Assembly: GCA_964462175.1 (NCBI GenBank)
Contig: CAYWXA010000001.1
Span: 9,251 to 73,250 of the forward strand
Source of the DNA: an uncultured Oscillospiraceae bacterium
GTDB taxonomy: Bacteria; Bacillota; Clostridia; Oscillospirales; Ruminococcaceae
Length of the DNA stretch: 64,000 nt
Direction: 5' to 3'
Of this stretch, positions 1 to 8,338 are shown in pieces. The translations under genes and the position numbers were made by a program. The stretch's first letter is position 1, and every line of letters starts with the position of its first letter. Under the pieces are notes generated by a model that did not search any database, was not told the origin of the DNA, and saw only the letters and a program-made list of their open reading frames with translations.

Positions 1-2
1 AT

Positions 3-167
3 AATAAGGTCAAAGCGACGTTTGAAAGCGACAACGCAAAGAAGTTTTTCAATACCGACAAGCTCGTTGCGCTTTTAGATGACCACAAGGCCGAAAAGTA
101 TGACTACTCCAGAAAAATTTGGACGGTGTATACCTTCCTTGTTTGGTATGGCGTTTATTTTGGATAA
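3..167 (+). CDS. asparagine synthase (glutamine-hydrolysing), 3' fragment; 5' end lies outside the window
   Basis: Frame 3 is open from the window edge to TAA at 165-167. The tail FFNTDKLVALLDDHKAEKYDYSRKIWTVYTFLVWYGVYFG fits the conserved C-terminal pattern of AsnB/AsnO-type enzymes (..LL.eH..G..d.srklW.ll.fe.W), recalled from memory. Confidence 0.5.
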   Translation, partial: NKVKATFESDNAKKFFNTDKLVALLDDHKAEKYDYSRKIWTVYTFLVWYGVYFG

Positions 168-171
168 CAGT

Positions 172-203
172 AAAAACCACCAGTAATCTGGTGGTTTTTA
201 TTT
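172..203 (+). terminator. rho-independent terminator
   Basis: Stem CCACCAG (177-183) / CTGGTGG (188-194), loop TAAT, followed by T5. Confidence 0.8.
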
Positions 204-239
204 AGCCTAGTAGGCGGAATTAATCCAACAACTGCGTCA

Positions 240-268
240 TTGAAGATGTTGAAAGAATATGATAATAT
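240..268 (+). promoter_or_regulatory. sigma-A-like promoter for the XRE/TPR regulator
   Basis: TTGAAG (240-245), 17-nt spacer, TAATAT (263-268), about 50 nt upstream of the ATG at 320. Confidence 0.4.
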
Positions 269-319
269 ACTCTTGCAAGCATGCTTCAATTAAATTAGTG
301 TAATAAAGGAGTACCTATT

Positions 320-934
320 ATGTATTTAGCTGAAAACATAAGAAAATATCGGATTATGAAGAATCTGACGCAGGAAGATATAGCAAACTATTTAAATATA
401 ACGCCGCAAAGTGTTTCAAAATGGGAAAGAGCAGAAACATATCCCGACATTACGCTTCTCCCCGCACTCGCAAATATCCTTGAAACAAGCATAGATCTGC
501 TTATGGGTATGGACACGATCCGAGCCACCGAGACGATGTATCAAATTCACAGCACAGCCACAAATGCAATGCGCAATAACGAGCTTGATAAAGCAGAAAA
601 AATATACAGTGATGCGCTTCTTATCTATCCAAAAAATCCCGATATTCTTCTCGGTCTTGCGGGAGTACTTGCGTTGAAAGGCGCAACACAAAAAGCTATT
701 GAGTTGACTGAAAAAGGGTTACCTTTATCCAATAACGAAAAACAGAAAGCAACGATGCGTGCCACGCTATGTATCTTGTATAAGAAAAACGGTGAAAATG
801 AGAAGGCGAGAAAATCAGCGTCGGAACTGCCACACACAAGAGAAAGCCGTGAGGTTATCACACCTATTATAGAACAAGAGCAAAATAACATAACGCTTAA
901 TCAACAAATCCACCTTTTATTGCTTGGCGAATAA
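320..934 (+). CDS. XRE-family helix-turn-helix transcriptional regulator with C-terminal TPR-like repeats
   Basis: N-terminus LTQEDIANYLNITPQSVSKWERAETYPDITLLPALANIL is a typical HTH_3/XRE motif. The C-terminal half has TPR-like helical repeats (AEKIYSDALLIYPKNPDILLGLAGVLALKG...). SD AAAGGAG lies upstream. Confidence 0.8.
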   Translation: MYLAENIRKYRIMKNLTQEDIANYLNITPQSVSKWERAETYPDITLLPALANILETSIDLLMGMDTIRATETMYQIHSTATNAMRNNELDKAEKIYSDALLIYPKNPDILLGLAGVLALKGATQKAIELTEKGLPLSNNEKQKATMRATLCILYKKNGENEKARKSASELPHTRESREVITPIIEQEQNNITLNQQIHLLLLGE

Positions 935-938
935 CATC

Positions 939-974
939 AAAAACTCCCACGGAATTCCGTGGGAGTTTTCTTTA
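939..974. terminator. bidirectional rho-independent terminator shared by convergent genes
   Basis: Perfect palindrome ACTCCCACGGAA/TTCCGTGGGAGT (943-966), flanked by an A-run on the left and a T-run on the right. Confidence 0.85.
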
Positions 975-3176
975 TGCCATTGCGGCTTTATCGACCTTTT
1001 TCATCTTGGTGGTCTGGCGCTGAGCCATTACAAGATTATAGTATACGCTCTTGTTGCGCATAAGCTGGTCGTGCGTGCCCATTTCAGCCAATCTTCCCTT
1101 ATCCAAAACGATAAGTGCATCGGCATTTGAAAGGGTTGAAAGACGGTGAGCGATTGCAATTGTGGTTCTGCCCTTGCAAAGCTCTGCAAGGCCTTCCTGA
1201 ATCTGCTTTTCGGTCTCAGTGTCCAAAGAAGCGGTCGCTTCGTCCAAAATGATGATCTTGGGGTTATGCAGGATCGCTCTGGCGATTGCAATTCTCTGGC
1301 GTTCACCGCCCGAAAGAGTGTGACCCTTGTTTCCGACTTTCGTATTATAACCGTCGGGAAGCTTGGTGATAAACTCGTGGCAATGTGCGACCTTTGCGGC
1401 GTCGATTATCTCCTCGAAAGTTGCGTTCGGCTTTGCGTATGCAATGTTATCAAGAATACTTCCCTCGAAGAGGTAAGTTTCCTGCAACACGACGCCGACC
1501 TGAGAGCGCAAGCTTTCCTGGGAAATATCCTTAATGTCAACGCCGTCGATCTTGACAGAGCCCTGCGTTGCATCATACAGACGCAAAATAAGGTTTATCA
1601 TCGTCGATTTTCCGACGCCCGAATGACCGACGATACCGATCATCTTGCCCTGGTCGATCTTGCAGGAGATGTCTTTAAGTACAGGGTTATATACCTTATA
1701 ACCGAAGTATACGTGATCGAATTCAATATCGCCCTTGATATCAAGGTCAATGCAGTTTTCGGTATCTCTGACATCCGTCTGCTCTTCCAGAATCTCAAAT
1801 ACCTTTGTTGCAGATACAGAGAAATCGGCAAAGGATCTGGGCAACTGCATAAGCCAGCGAAGCGGGTTATAAAGCATTGAAACGTAGGTGGTGAACTGGA
1901 TAAGTTCGCCCAACGTCATCGTTCCGAATGAAGGGATCTTTGAAAGGATCGTCATTGCTCCGAAGTACAGAACGAGATAGTTACCCGACGTAAGCAGGAA
2001 GTTTGTAATCGGCCAGATGAGATTCCATGTTACTTCGGCATCGGAAGCAGCACCCGCCCAGCGCTTTGAAGCAACACGGTATTTCTCGATTTCCGCATCT
2101 TCAGTTCCGCAGGTCTTTACAACTCGGATACCGTTCAAGGTGTCGTGCAAAAGTCTGGAATAGAAGTTGTTATATCTCCATACACGGCTGAAATGAGAAT
2201 GAATAACGCCGTAAAGCTTTTTAACGAGTACAACGACTAACGGAATCGGCAATATTGCCATAAGCGCCAGACGCCAGTTCATTACGAACATAATGACCGA
2301 CGTGATGATAAGAGTAAGGATTCGCACGATCGCATTCTTGCCGTTATCGGTAAGGAAGCTCTGGATCTTATTGGCATCGTTGGAAACACGGTTGATAAGT
2401 TCGCCTGCAGTCTTCTTCGATATCGAAGACATTGAAAGATGCAACGTTTTATTAAATACGTCTTTTCGCAGATCCTGGCTCAGATTCAGCGATACGTAGT
2501 AACTGCACTTCATATTAAGCCAATCAAGCGCCGTGTTGATAAGAAGTATAACGACCATTGAAGCGCAAAGAATTGCAAAGCCGCTCCAATTGGAGTCGTT
2601 CTGAGGAATTACGTAGTCGTCAACCAGAATTCGGTTGATATAAGGCGAAATTATCGCCGTAACTTCAGCGAGTATCGTACACATAATTGCAAGAGCAAAC
2701 TGCTTTTTATAAGGAACAATACGCTTGAAAAGTTTTGAGAATATCTGCATTTTTGACGAGCAGTAAGGACACTCGGCATAGCCGTCCAAAGGAAGGCCGC
2801 ATTTAGGGCACTTAGGCTCATCAATATCGCTGTTCTCAATAAACACTCCGGCGGTCAGGTAATGGTTGATAAGCTTACAGACCTCGGCAAATGCAACGAA
2901 GTTGTCCTGAGTAAAGGAACAGATACGCATCTTGTCTACATCGTTGATACGGCCGACCATCATCGAACAGCCGACAAGCTGTTCACAAGCGTATTCGTCA
3001 AAATCGTCGATCATATACGATGCGGAAAGCTCGTCATCTACGTACACGAAGATCTGTTCATGCGTTACGCATAGGTGTCCCTTTGCAAGTTCCCTATTTC
3101 CGTTAAGATTAAACGGAAGCGAAAATATAAAATCGTTTATATCGGTGCCTGCCGGAGCAGAAATTTTTAAATTCAT
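972..3176 (-). CDS. ABC exporter half-transporter (TMD+NBD) with about 150-aa N-terminal module ending in a zinc ribbon
   Basis: Walker A GHSGVGKST, signature LSGGERQR, Walker B IIILDEATASLD. Six-TM exporter region. N-terminal CPKCGLPLDGYAECPYC lies before TM1. Confidence 0.9.
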   Translation of the reverse strand: MNLKISAPAGTDINDFIFSLPFNLNGNRELAKGHLCVTHEQIFVYVDDELSASYMIDDFDEYACEQLVGCSMMVGRINDVDKMRICSFTQDNFVAFAEVCKLINHYLTAGVFIENSDIDEPKCPKCGLPLDGYAECPYCSSKMQIFSKLFKRIVPYKKQFALAIMCTILAEVTAIISPYINRILVDDYVIPQNDSNWSGFAILCASMVVILLINTALDWLNMKCSYYVSLNLSQDLRKDVFNKTLHLSMSSISKKTAGELINRVSNDANKIQSFLTDNGKNAIVRILTLIITSVIMFVMNWRLALMAILPIPLVVVLVKKLYGVIHSHFSRVWRYNNFYSRLLHDTLNGIRVVKTCGTEDAEIEKYRVASKRWAGAASDAEVTWNLIWPITNFLLTSGNYLVLYFGAMTILSKIPSFGTMTLGELIQFTTYVSMLYNPLRWLMQLPRSFADFSVSATKVFEILEEQTDVRDTENCIDLDIKGDIEFDHVYFGYKVYNPVLKDISCKIDQGKMIGIVGHSGVGKSTMINLILRLYDATQGSVKIDGVDIKDISQESLRSQVGVVLQETYLFEGSILDNIAYAKPNATFEEIIDAAKVAHCHEFITKLPDGYNTKVGNKGHTLSGGERQRIAIARAILHNPKIIILDEATASLDTETEKQIQEGLAELCKGRTTIAIAHRLSTLSNADALIVLDKGRLAEMGTHDQLMRNKSVYYNLVMAQRQTTKMKKVDKAAMA

Positions 3177-3207
3177 TGGCTTTCACCCCTTTCCTTAAAG
3201 GAAACTG

Positions 3208-3747
3208 TCAGATGAACAATTCAAGTGCGGTAAGACTCTTCTTGTCAAGCTTGGTAACGTCGGGACAGAAATATTTATTTCCGTCAACGTCGTTTGCATA
3301 TAAATAGGTTTCGGTCAGAAGTCTGAAGTTTGAATACCAGTCACGGATGCAGATCGTTTTTCTTCCCGCCTTCGTTTCAAGATCGACAAATATAAAACCG
3401 CGGTTGTTGTCTTTGATTGAATGGACTTTGATGATCTCGGGCATAAAATACTTGTATTCAAGGTATTCATCCAAAAGCTCATACTGTTCCTTATTCAGCT
3501 CCTTCATATCCTTGATAACGCCGATCTCTTTAAATTCACGGTCTTCGTTATCATAAGCCACGCTTATATAAGTGGTCTTGGAATAGAAAGGAATAAGTCT
3601 TGTCAAGCGAACGTTGAAATATGTTTCCCCGTTAAATTCAAGCGAAATGAAGTTGCTGTCGTCCTTATAAAAACGGAGCTTTGAGCAGTCAAGTATTTCA
3701 AGACGGTCAATTTCAAACTTTTCGCCAACGTTTTCTATATTAGCCAT
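3208..3747 (-). CDS. DUF1854-like protein (ABC-transporter-associated, function unknown)
   Basis: 179 aa, located between the two ABC genes. Sequence pattern (..RLTRLIPFY..YISV..EIGVIKDMKEL..YFMPEIIKV..) matches my recollection of DUF1854, which is typically encoded beside ABC exporters. Confidence 0.6.
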   Translation of the reverse strand: MANIENVGEKFEIDRLEILDCSKLRFYKDDSNFISLEFNGETYFNVRLTRLIPFYSKTTYISVAYDNEDREFKEIGVIKDMKELNKEQYELLDEYLEYKYFMPEIIKVHSIKDNNRGFIFVDLETKAGRKTICIRDWYSNFRLLTETYLYANDVDGNKYFCPDVTKLDKKSLTALELFI

Positions 3748-3789
3748 ATCGGTTATCCCTCGCTTTCGAGTGCAAGTGTTAATGTTTGA

Positions 3790-6333
3790 TTAGCTTTCGA
3801 TGAACTTCAAAGCGTCAGACTGAAGCTTGTAAAGTTCAAAATATTTACCCTTTTGACGGATAAGAACGTCGTGAGTTCCCATTTCTTTAAGCTCACCTCT
3901 CTCAATGACGCAGAGCATATCGGCGTCACGCAGAGTTGAAAGACGGTGGGCAATTGAGATGATCGTTCTTCCCTCTTTAAGAGCATCAATTGCAACCTGG
4001 ATCTTTCGTTCGGTTCTCGTATCCATTGAAGCGGTAGCTTCGTCCAGAATGAGAATATTGGGATCCTGAATGATCGCGCGGGCAATGGAGATCCTCTGTC
4101 TTTCACCGCCTGAAAGGCTCATTCCGCCGGCGCCTATCTTGGTGTTATATCCGTCGGGAAGCTTGGTGATGAATTCGTGGGCATTAGCGGATTTAGCCGC
4201 CTCAATTACCTCTTCGATGGTAGCGTCGGGTTTGGCGTACTTAATATTCTCGGCAACGGTACCGACAAAGAGATATGTTTCCTGGGAAACGATACCGATG
4301 TTCTTTCTGAGATCTTGAATTGCGATATTCTTTATCGGAACGCCGTCGATCAGTATCTCACCGCCGGTAACGTCATAAAGTCTTGCGATAAGGTTGATTA
4401 TCGTTGACTTGCCGGCGCCGGTTCGTCCGACGATGCCGAACATCTGCCCCGCTTCAACTCTGAAGGAAAGATGATTAAGTATCTGTCTGCCCGCTTCATA
4501 TTCAAAGGAAACGTTTCTGAACTCGATATCGCCCCTCATCGTTTCCATTCTTACGGGTTCTTCAGCTTCAACGACCGTCGGCTTGGCATCTAAAATCTCA
4601 AACATTCTTGATGCAGCGTCCATACATCTTGCCCAGCGGTCACCGATCCACATAAAGAAGTCGATAGGCTCGTAGATCATATTGGTATACGAGATGAGAG
4701 CAGTAAGCGTACCGTACTTAAAGTGACCTTTAATTACGAGGAAGCAGCCGAAACAGAACAAACCCGTGCTGAACAGCTTATAGAACAGCCACATAAAAGG
4801 AATCGTGGACGTTATTCTGTCGTTGATACGTGCGTTGATCTCATATGCGCTCTGGTTCTTTGAGGCGTAGCGTTCGCTTTCCTTCTTTTCCTTTGCAAAG
4901 CTCTTAACGACACGCTGACCGTTCATAACGTCAGACAAAACGGAGTTGAGGCTTCGCATCGCAACGTCCAGCTTACGGTAGAGCTTTCTTTCGGTTCTGT
5001 AAAGATAATTGTCAAGAATAATGATGACAACGATAATACCGATGATAACTATTGAAAGAACGGGACTGAGCGCAAACATGATTCCCGCAACACCTGCAAG
5101 CTTGATTACGTTTGCGATTCCGTAAGGAACGATGTCTACAAAGAAGTTGTAAATGTTATTTGAATCTCGGTCAACACGGGACATCAAAGAGCCAGTCTGC
5201 TTGCTTGTAAAGAACTGAAGCGACAGACGCTGCATTGAAGAATATATCTTCGTTCTCAGATTGTGGGTGACAGTCGGTACTACCTTTGCGGTTATAACAC
5301 CCGACACCAGACCCGTTATCTTTCCCAGAATATCGGTTGCGAGCATTATTAAGACTACCAGCAACACCTGACCGTAATACTTTCCGCCCTCGGTAAGTAC
5401 GTCGTCATAAAGAAGCTTTGAACCGAACCACGGCGAAACAACGGCAAAGATATTTGACATTAAAATGGTAAGGCAGATCAAAAGAACGGGGCCCTTGAAT
5501 TCCTTGAACATTCCAACGAGTCTTGTAAATACAGATCTTCTGTCCACACATTTTGGACATACGGGTCGGTTGGGGTCCGGATAAGGCTGGCTGCAGTTCG
5601 GACAGTTGGTCGCTACGTTTTCGAGCAACGAATCGTCTATATCTTCACCACGGTGGGTCTTATTAAGTCTGTCGCAGAATTTTTCAAATTTCTCGGCAAA
5701 GCCGACGGAAAATCTTGCAATAACTACGTTAGGTCTGTCCTTATCGTATCCGCTGGAGCCGAACCAGAATCCTCCGAATCCTCCAAAATGACCTCCGTGT
5801 CCGCCTCCGGGGCCTCCCGGTCCGCCGGGACCGCCGGGGCCGCCCATAGGTCCGCCTGCAGGCATCGGTGGCGGCATAGCGGGAGCAGAACCTTCGTGTT
5901 CGGGAGCGTGAGGCGGTCTTTCGGGTTCAAATTTCTCAACCTCACCCTCATTTAGCAAAGCAGCAACAAGACGTGCTGAGTTTTGATGACGGTCAACATA
6001 CAGCTTTTTGATCTGAGAAACCTCGAACTCCTTAAAATCGACGACTGTATAAGAAGTCATTTCAAGTGCTTGGTGTTTTCTCTTCACAAAGTATTTGATG
6101 ACTGCAGTTTCACTTGCCTTTTCAGCAAGCTCTTCGGATCTGGAAGGTTTTTTATACTCTTCATATCCGCTTATTACATAAAGGTTGTCTTTGGTAAATG
6201 TCACGTAGACATCATAATAGCAACCCTCTGAGTCCAAATCGGCCTTTACGCAATAAAGTAGGTCTTCTACCATTACTCCTCGCTTCGTAAGCTCGTTTTC
6301 AACAAGCCTGGGAAGCACGTCAAAGTGTTTCAA
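3790..6333 (-). CDS. ABC exporter half-transporter (TMD+NBD) with about 280-aa N-terminal module, Gly/Pro-rich linker and zinc ribbon
   Basis: Walker A GRTGAGKST, LSGGERQR, ILILDEATASMD. TTG start at 6333 with GGAGGA 9 nt upstream. CPNCSQPYPDPNRPVCPKC lies before TM1. Confidence 0.9.
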   Translation of the reverse strand: MKHFDVLPRLVENELTKRGVMVEDLLYCVKADLDSEGCYYDVYVTFTKDNLYVISGYEEYKKPSRSEELAEKASETAVIKYFVKRKHQALEMTSYTVVDFKEFEVSQIKKLYVDRHQNSARLVAALLNEGEVEKFEPERPPHAPEHEGSAPAMPPPMPAGGPMGGPGGPGGPGGPGGGHGGHFGGFGGFWFGSSGYDKDRPNVVIARFSVGFAEKFEKFCDRLNKTHRGEDIDDSLLENVATNCPNCSQPYPDPNRPVCPKCVDRRSVFTRLVGMFKEFKGPVLLICLTILMSNIFAVVSPWFGSKLLYDDVLTEGGKYYGQVLLVVLIMLATDILGKITGLVSGVITAKVVPTVTHNLRTKIYSSMQRLSLQFFTSKQTGSLMSRVDRDSNNIYNFFVDIVPYGIANVIKLAGVAGIMFALSPVLSIVIIGIIVVIIILDNYLYRTERKLYRKLDVAMRSLNSVLSDVMNGQRVVKSFAKEKKESERYASKNQSAYEINARINDRITSTIPFMWLFYKLFSTGLFCFGCFLVIKGHFKYGTLTALISYTNMIYEPIDFFMWIGDRWARCMDAASRMFEILDAKPTVVEAEEPVRMETMRGDIEFRNVSFEYEAGRQILNHLSFRVEAGQMFGIVGRTGAGKSTIINLIARLYDVTGGEILIDGVPIKNIAIQDLRKNIGIVSQETYLFVGTVAENIKYAKPDATIEEVIEAAKSANAHEFITKLPDGYNTKIGAGGMSLSGGERQRISIARAIIQDPNILILDEATASMDTRTERKIQVAIDALKEGRTIISIAHRLSTLRDADMLCVIERGELKEMGTHDVLIRQKGKYFELYKLQSDALKFIES

Positions 6334-6358
6334 ATCAAGTCATCCTCCTTTCATGGCA

Positions 6359-6392
6359 GAAAAAAACGCCCCTGATGCTAACCATCAGAGGC
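6359..6392 (-). terminator. intrinsic terminator inside the 5' leader of the ABC/DUF1854 operon (attenuator)
   Basis: On the minus strand: GCCUCUGAUG-GUUAG-CAUCAGGGGC followed by U7. It lies 25 nt upstream of the TTG start at 6333. Confidence 0.75.
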
Positions 6393-6394
6393 AA

Positions 6395-6481
6395 TCAGTG
6401 GCAAAATGACACAAGGCGACACCCAATACGGTTGGCATAATCATAATGAATTAAAATTTTGTTAGCACAATTATTACGCAT
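6395..6481 (-). CDS. putative 28-aa leader peptide (MRNNCANKILIHYDYANRIGCRLVSFCH)
   Basis: ATG at 6481 with SD AAAGGTGA 5 nt upstream. The stop TGA is 2 nt before the terminator 5' arm. The ORF is below the ORF-track length cutoff. Confidence 0.4.
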   Translation of the reverse strand: MRNNCANKILIHYDYANRIGCRLVSFCH

Positions 6482-6522
6482 GATTATCACCTTTCTTTAA
6501 TATTTGTCATTAAGACATTCAC

Positions 6523-6551
6523 ATTATATGCCTTTGGAAAAATATTGTCAA
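6523..6551 (-). promoter_or_regulatory. consensus sigma-A promoter of the ABC operon leader
   Basis: Minus strand: TTGACA (6551-6546), 17-nt spacer, TATAAT (6528-6523). Confidence 0.7.
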
Positions 6552-6610
6552 TAACTTTTTTGAAAAATTTAAAACTTATTTCAAATTGACATTCAAGTGC
6601 TGATATATCA

Positions 6611-6639
6611 TTGACTTGAACGCTTTAAAATGGTATAAT
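6611..6639 (+). promoter_or_regulatory. sigma-A promoter (extended -10) for the lrp-aminotransferase genes
   Basis: TTGACT (6611-6616), 17-nt spacer ending in TGG, TATAAT (6634-6639). Confidence 0.7.
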
Positions 6640-6680
6640 ATAACCCTTAAATCACCTTTAACATAAGGAGTGCTGAAATC

Positions 6681-7154
6681 ATGAACGATCTTATTAACCT
6701 TTTGAAAACCAACGCCCGTTTGACCAACACAGAGCTTGCAGTTATGCTCAACAAGACCGAAGCGGAAGTCGCCGCAATGATTTGTGAACTTGAGCGTGAC
6801 GGAATAATTAAAGGATATACCGCGATTGTTGATGAGGACAGAATCTCAAAGGATTCCGTTGCCGCATACGTTGAGCTTAAGGTGACTCCGCAGGCTCAGG
6901 TCGGATATGACGATATAGCCCGTCATATCGCTCAGTATCCCGAGGTCGAGAACGTGTGGCTTATGTCCGGAGGATATGATCTTGCAGTTATAATCAGATG
7001 CAACAATATCAAGGACGTTTGCTCTTACGTTGCGCAGCGCCTTGCAACCATTAACGGTGTTGTTTCAACATCTACACACTTCTTCTTGCAAAAATATAAG
7101 GAAAACGGCATTATGCTTATTGACAGCCTGACCGATGAACGGGGATTGATCTGA
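6681..7154 (+). CDS. Lrp/AsnC family transcriptional regulator
   Basis: 157 aa. N-terminal HTH (NARLTNTELAVMLNKTEAEVAAMICELERDGIIKGY) plus a C-terminal RAM/AsnC_trans_reg-like domain. Confidence 0.85.
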   Translation: MNDLINLLKTNARLTNTELAVMLNKTEAEVAAMICELERDGIIKGYTAIVDEDRISKDSVAAYVELKVTPQAQVGYDDIARHIAQYPEVENVWLMSGGYDLAVIIRCNNIKDVCSYVAQRLATINGVVSTSTHFFLQKYKENGIMLIDSLTDERGLI

Positions 7155-7158
7155 AAAT

Positions 7159-8337
7159 ATGATAGACTATAATAAGGTAGTCGGCAAGACAGCGAGTCAG
7201 ATCAAGCCGTCGGGCATCAGAAAATATTTTGATATTGCCCAGACACTTGATAACGTTATCTCACTCGGTGTCGGTGAGCCGGATTTTTACACGCCGTGGC
7301 CTATCAGAAAGGCTGCGATTACAACGCTTGAACGCGGTAAAACTTTTTATACTTCAAATTCGGGACTTATTAAGCTGAGAAATTCTATTTCCGCTTATAC
7401 CGAAAAGCGCACGGGGATCAGATATGACCCCGAGGACGAAATTATCGTGACCGTCGGCGGTTCGGAAGCGATTGATCTGACGATCAGAGCAACTGTTGAA
7501 GCAGGCGATGAAGTCATCATTATTGAACCGTCTTTTGTATGCTACAAGCCCATCGTTATGTTGGCGGGAGGAACACCGGTCATCATTGAAACGAAGGAAG
7601 AGGATAATTTCAAGCTTACAGCGCAACAGCTCAAAAATGCAATTACGGAAAAAACCAAGCTTTTGATACTTCCCTTCCCCAATAACCCAACCGGCGCCAT
7701 TATGACCCGTGAGGATCTTGAACCTATCGCAGAACTGTTGAAGGATACAAACATCGTCGTTCTGACCGACGAGATATATTCAGAACTGACTTACGGCAGA
7801 GAGCATTTTTCGATTATTTCTCTTGAAGGTATGAGAGAGCGAACGATATACGTCAACGGCTTCTCGAAGGCGTTTGCAATGACAGGTTGGCGTTTGGGAT
7901 ATATGTGCGGGCCTTCCGAGATCTTGAAGCACGCATTGAAGATACACCAGTTCGGAATAATGTCCAGCCCTACCGTCAGCCAGTATGCGGCTATCGAAGC
8001 GCTTGAAAACTGCGAACGTGACGTTAAGCTTATGGTTTCCGAATACGATACGAGAAGAAGATATCTTGTTGATGCATTTAATAAGCTCGGCCTCAGTTGT
8101 TTTATGCCAGAAGGTGCGTTCTACGTATTCCCTTGCATCAAATCAACGGGACTTACGAGCGATGAATTCTGTGAACAGCTTTTGTATAAAAAGCACGTTG
8201 CCGTTGTTTCCGGAACTGCTTTCGGAGATTGCGGCGAAGGATACATAAGAGTTTCTTATGCTTATTCGCAAAAGCATTTGCAAGAGGCAATGAAAAAGAT
8301 TAAAGAGTTCATTGATGAGCTCAAAAGCGGAGAATAA
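7159..8337 (+). CDS. pyridoxal-phosphate-dependent aminotransferase, class I/II
   Basis: 392 aa. Motifs NPTGA, and the PLP-lysine context NGFSKAFAMTGWRLGY. Confidence 0.85.
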   Translation: MIDYNKVVGKTASQIKPSGIRKYFDIAQTLDNVISLGVGEPDFYTPWPIRKAAITTLERGKTFYTSNSGLIKLRNSISAYTEKRTGIRYDPEDEIIVTVGGSEAIDLTIRATVEAGDEVIIIEPSFVCYKPIVMLAGGTPVIIETKEEDNFKLTAQQLKNAITEKTKLLILPFPNNPTGAIMTREDLEPIAELLKDTNIVVLTDEIYSELTYGREHFSIISLEGMRERTIYVNGFSKAFAMTGWRLGYMCGPSEILKHALKIHQFGIMSSPTVSQYAAIEALENCERDVKLMVSEYDTRRRYLVDAFNKLGLSCFMPEGAFYVFPCIKSTGLTSDEFCEQLLYKKHVAVVSGTAFGDCGEGYIRVSYAYSQKHLQEAMKKIKEFIDELKSGE

Positions 8338-8338
8338 T

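Noticed and set aside
5746-5928. Gly/Pro-rich stretch as a collagen-like or secreted repeat domain
   Set aside because: It lies on the cytoplasmic side, before TM1 of an ABC exporter. It is too short and irregular for a collagen triple helix, so I treat it as a disordered linker.
6395-6481. 28-codon ORF as a bacteriocin, RiPP or signalling-peptide precursor
   Set aside because: There is no double-glycine or other leader motif. No modification enzyme or C39 peptidase domain is present in the adjacent ABC proteins. The stop codon abutting a terminator fits a regulatory leader better. I keep this only as a minor alternative.
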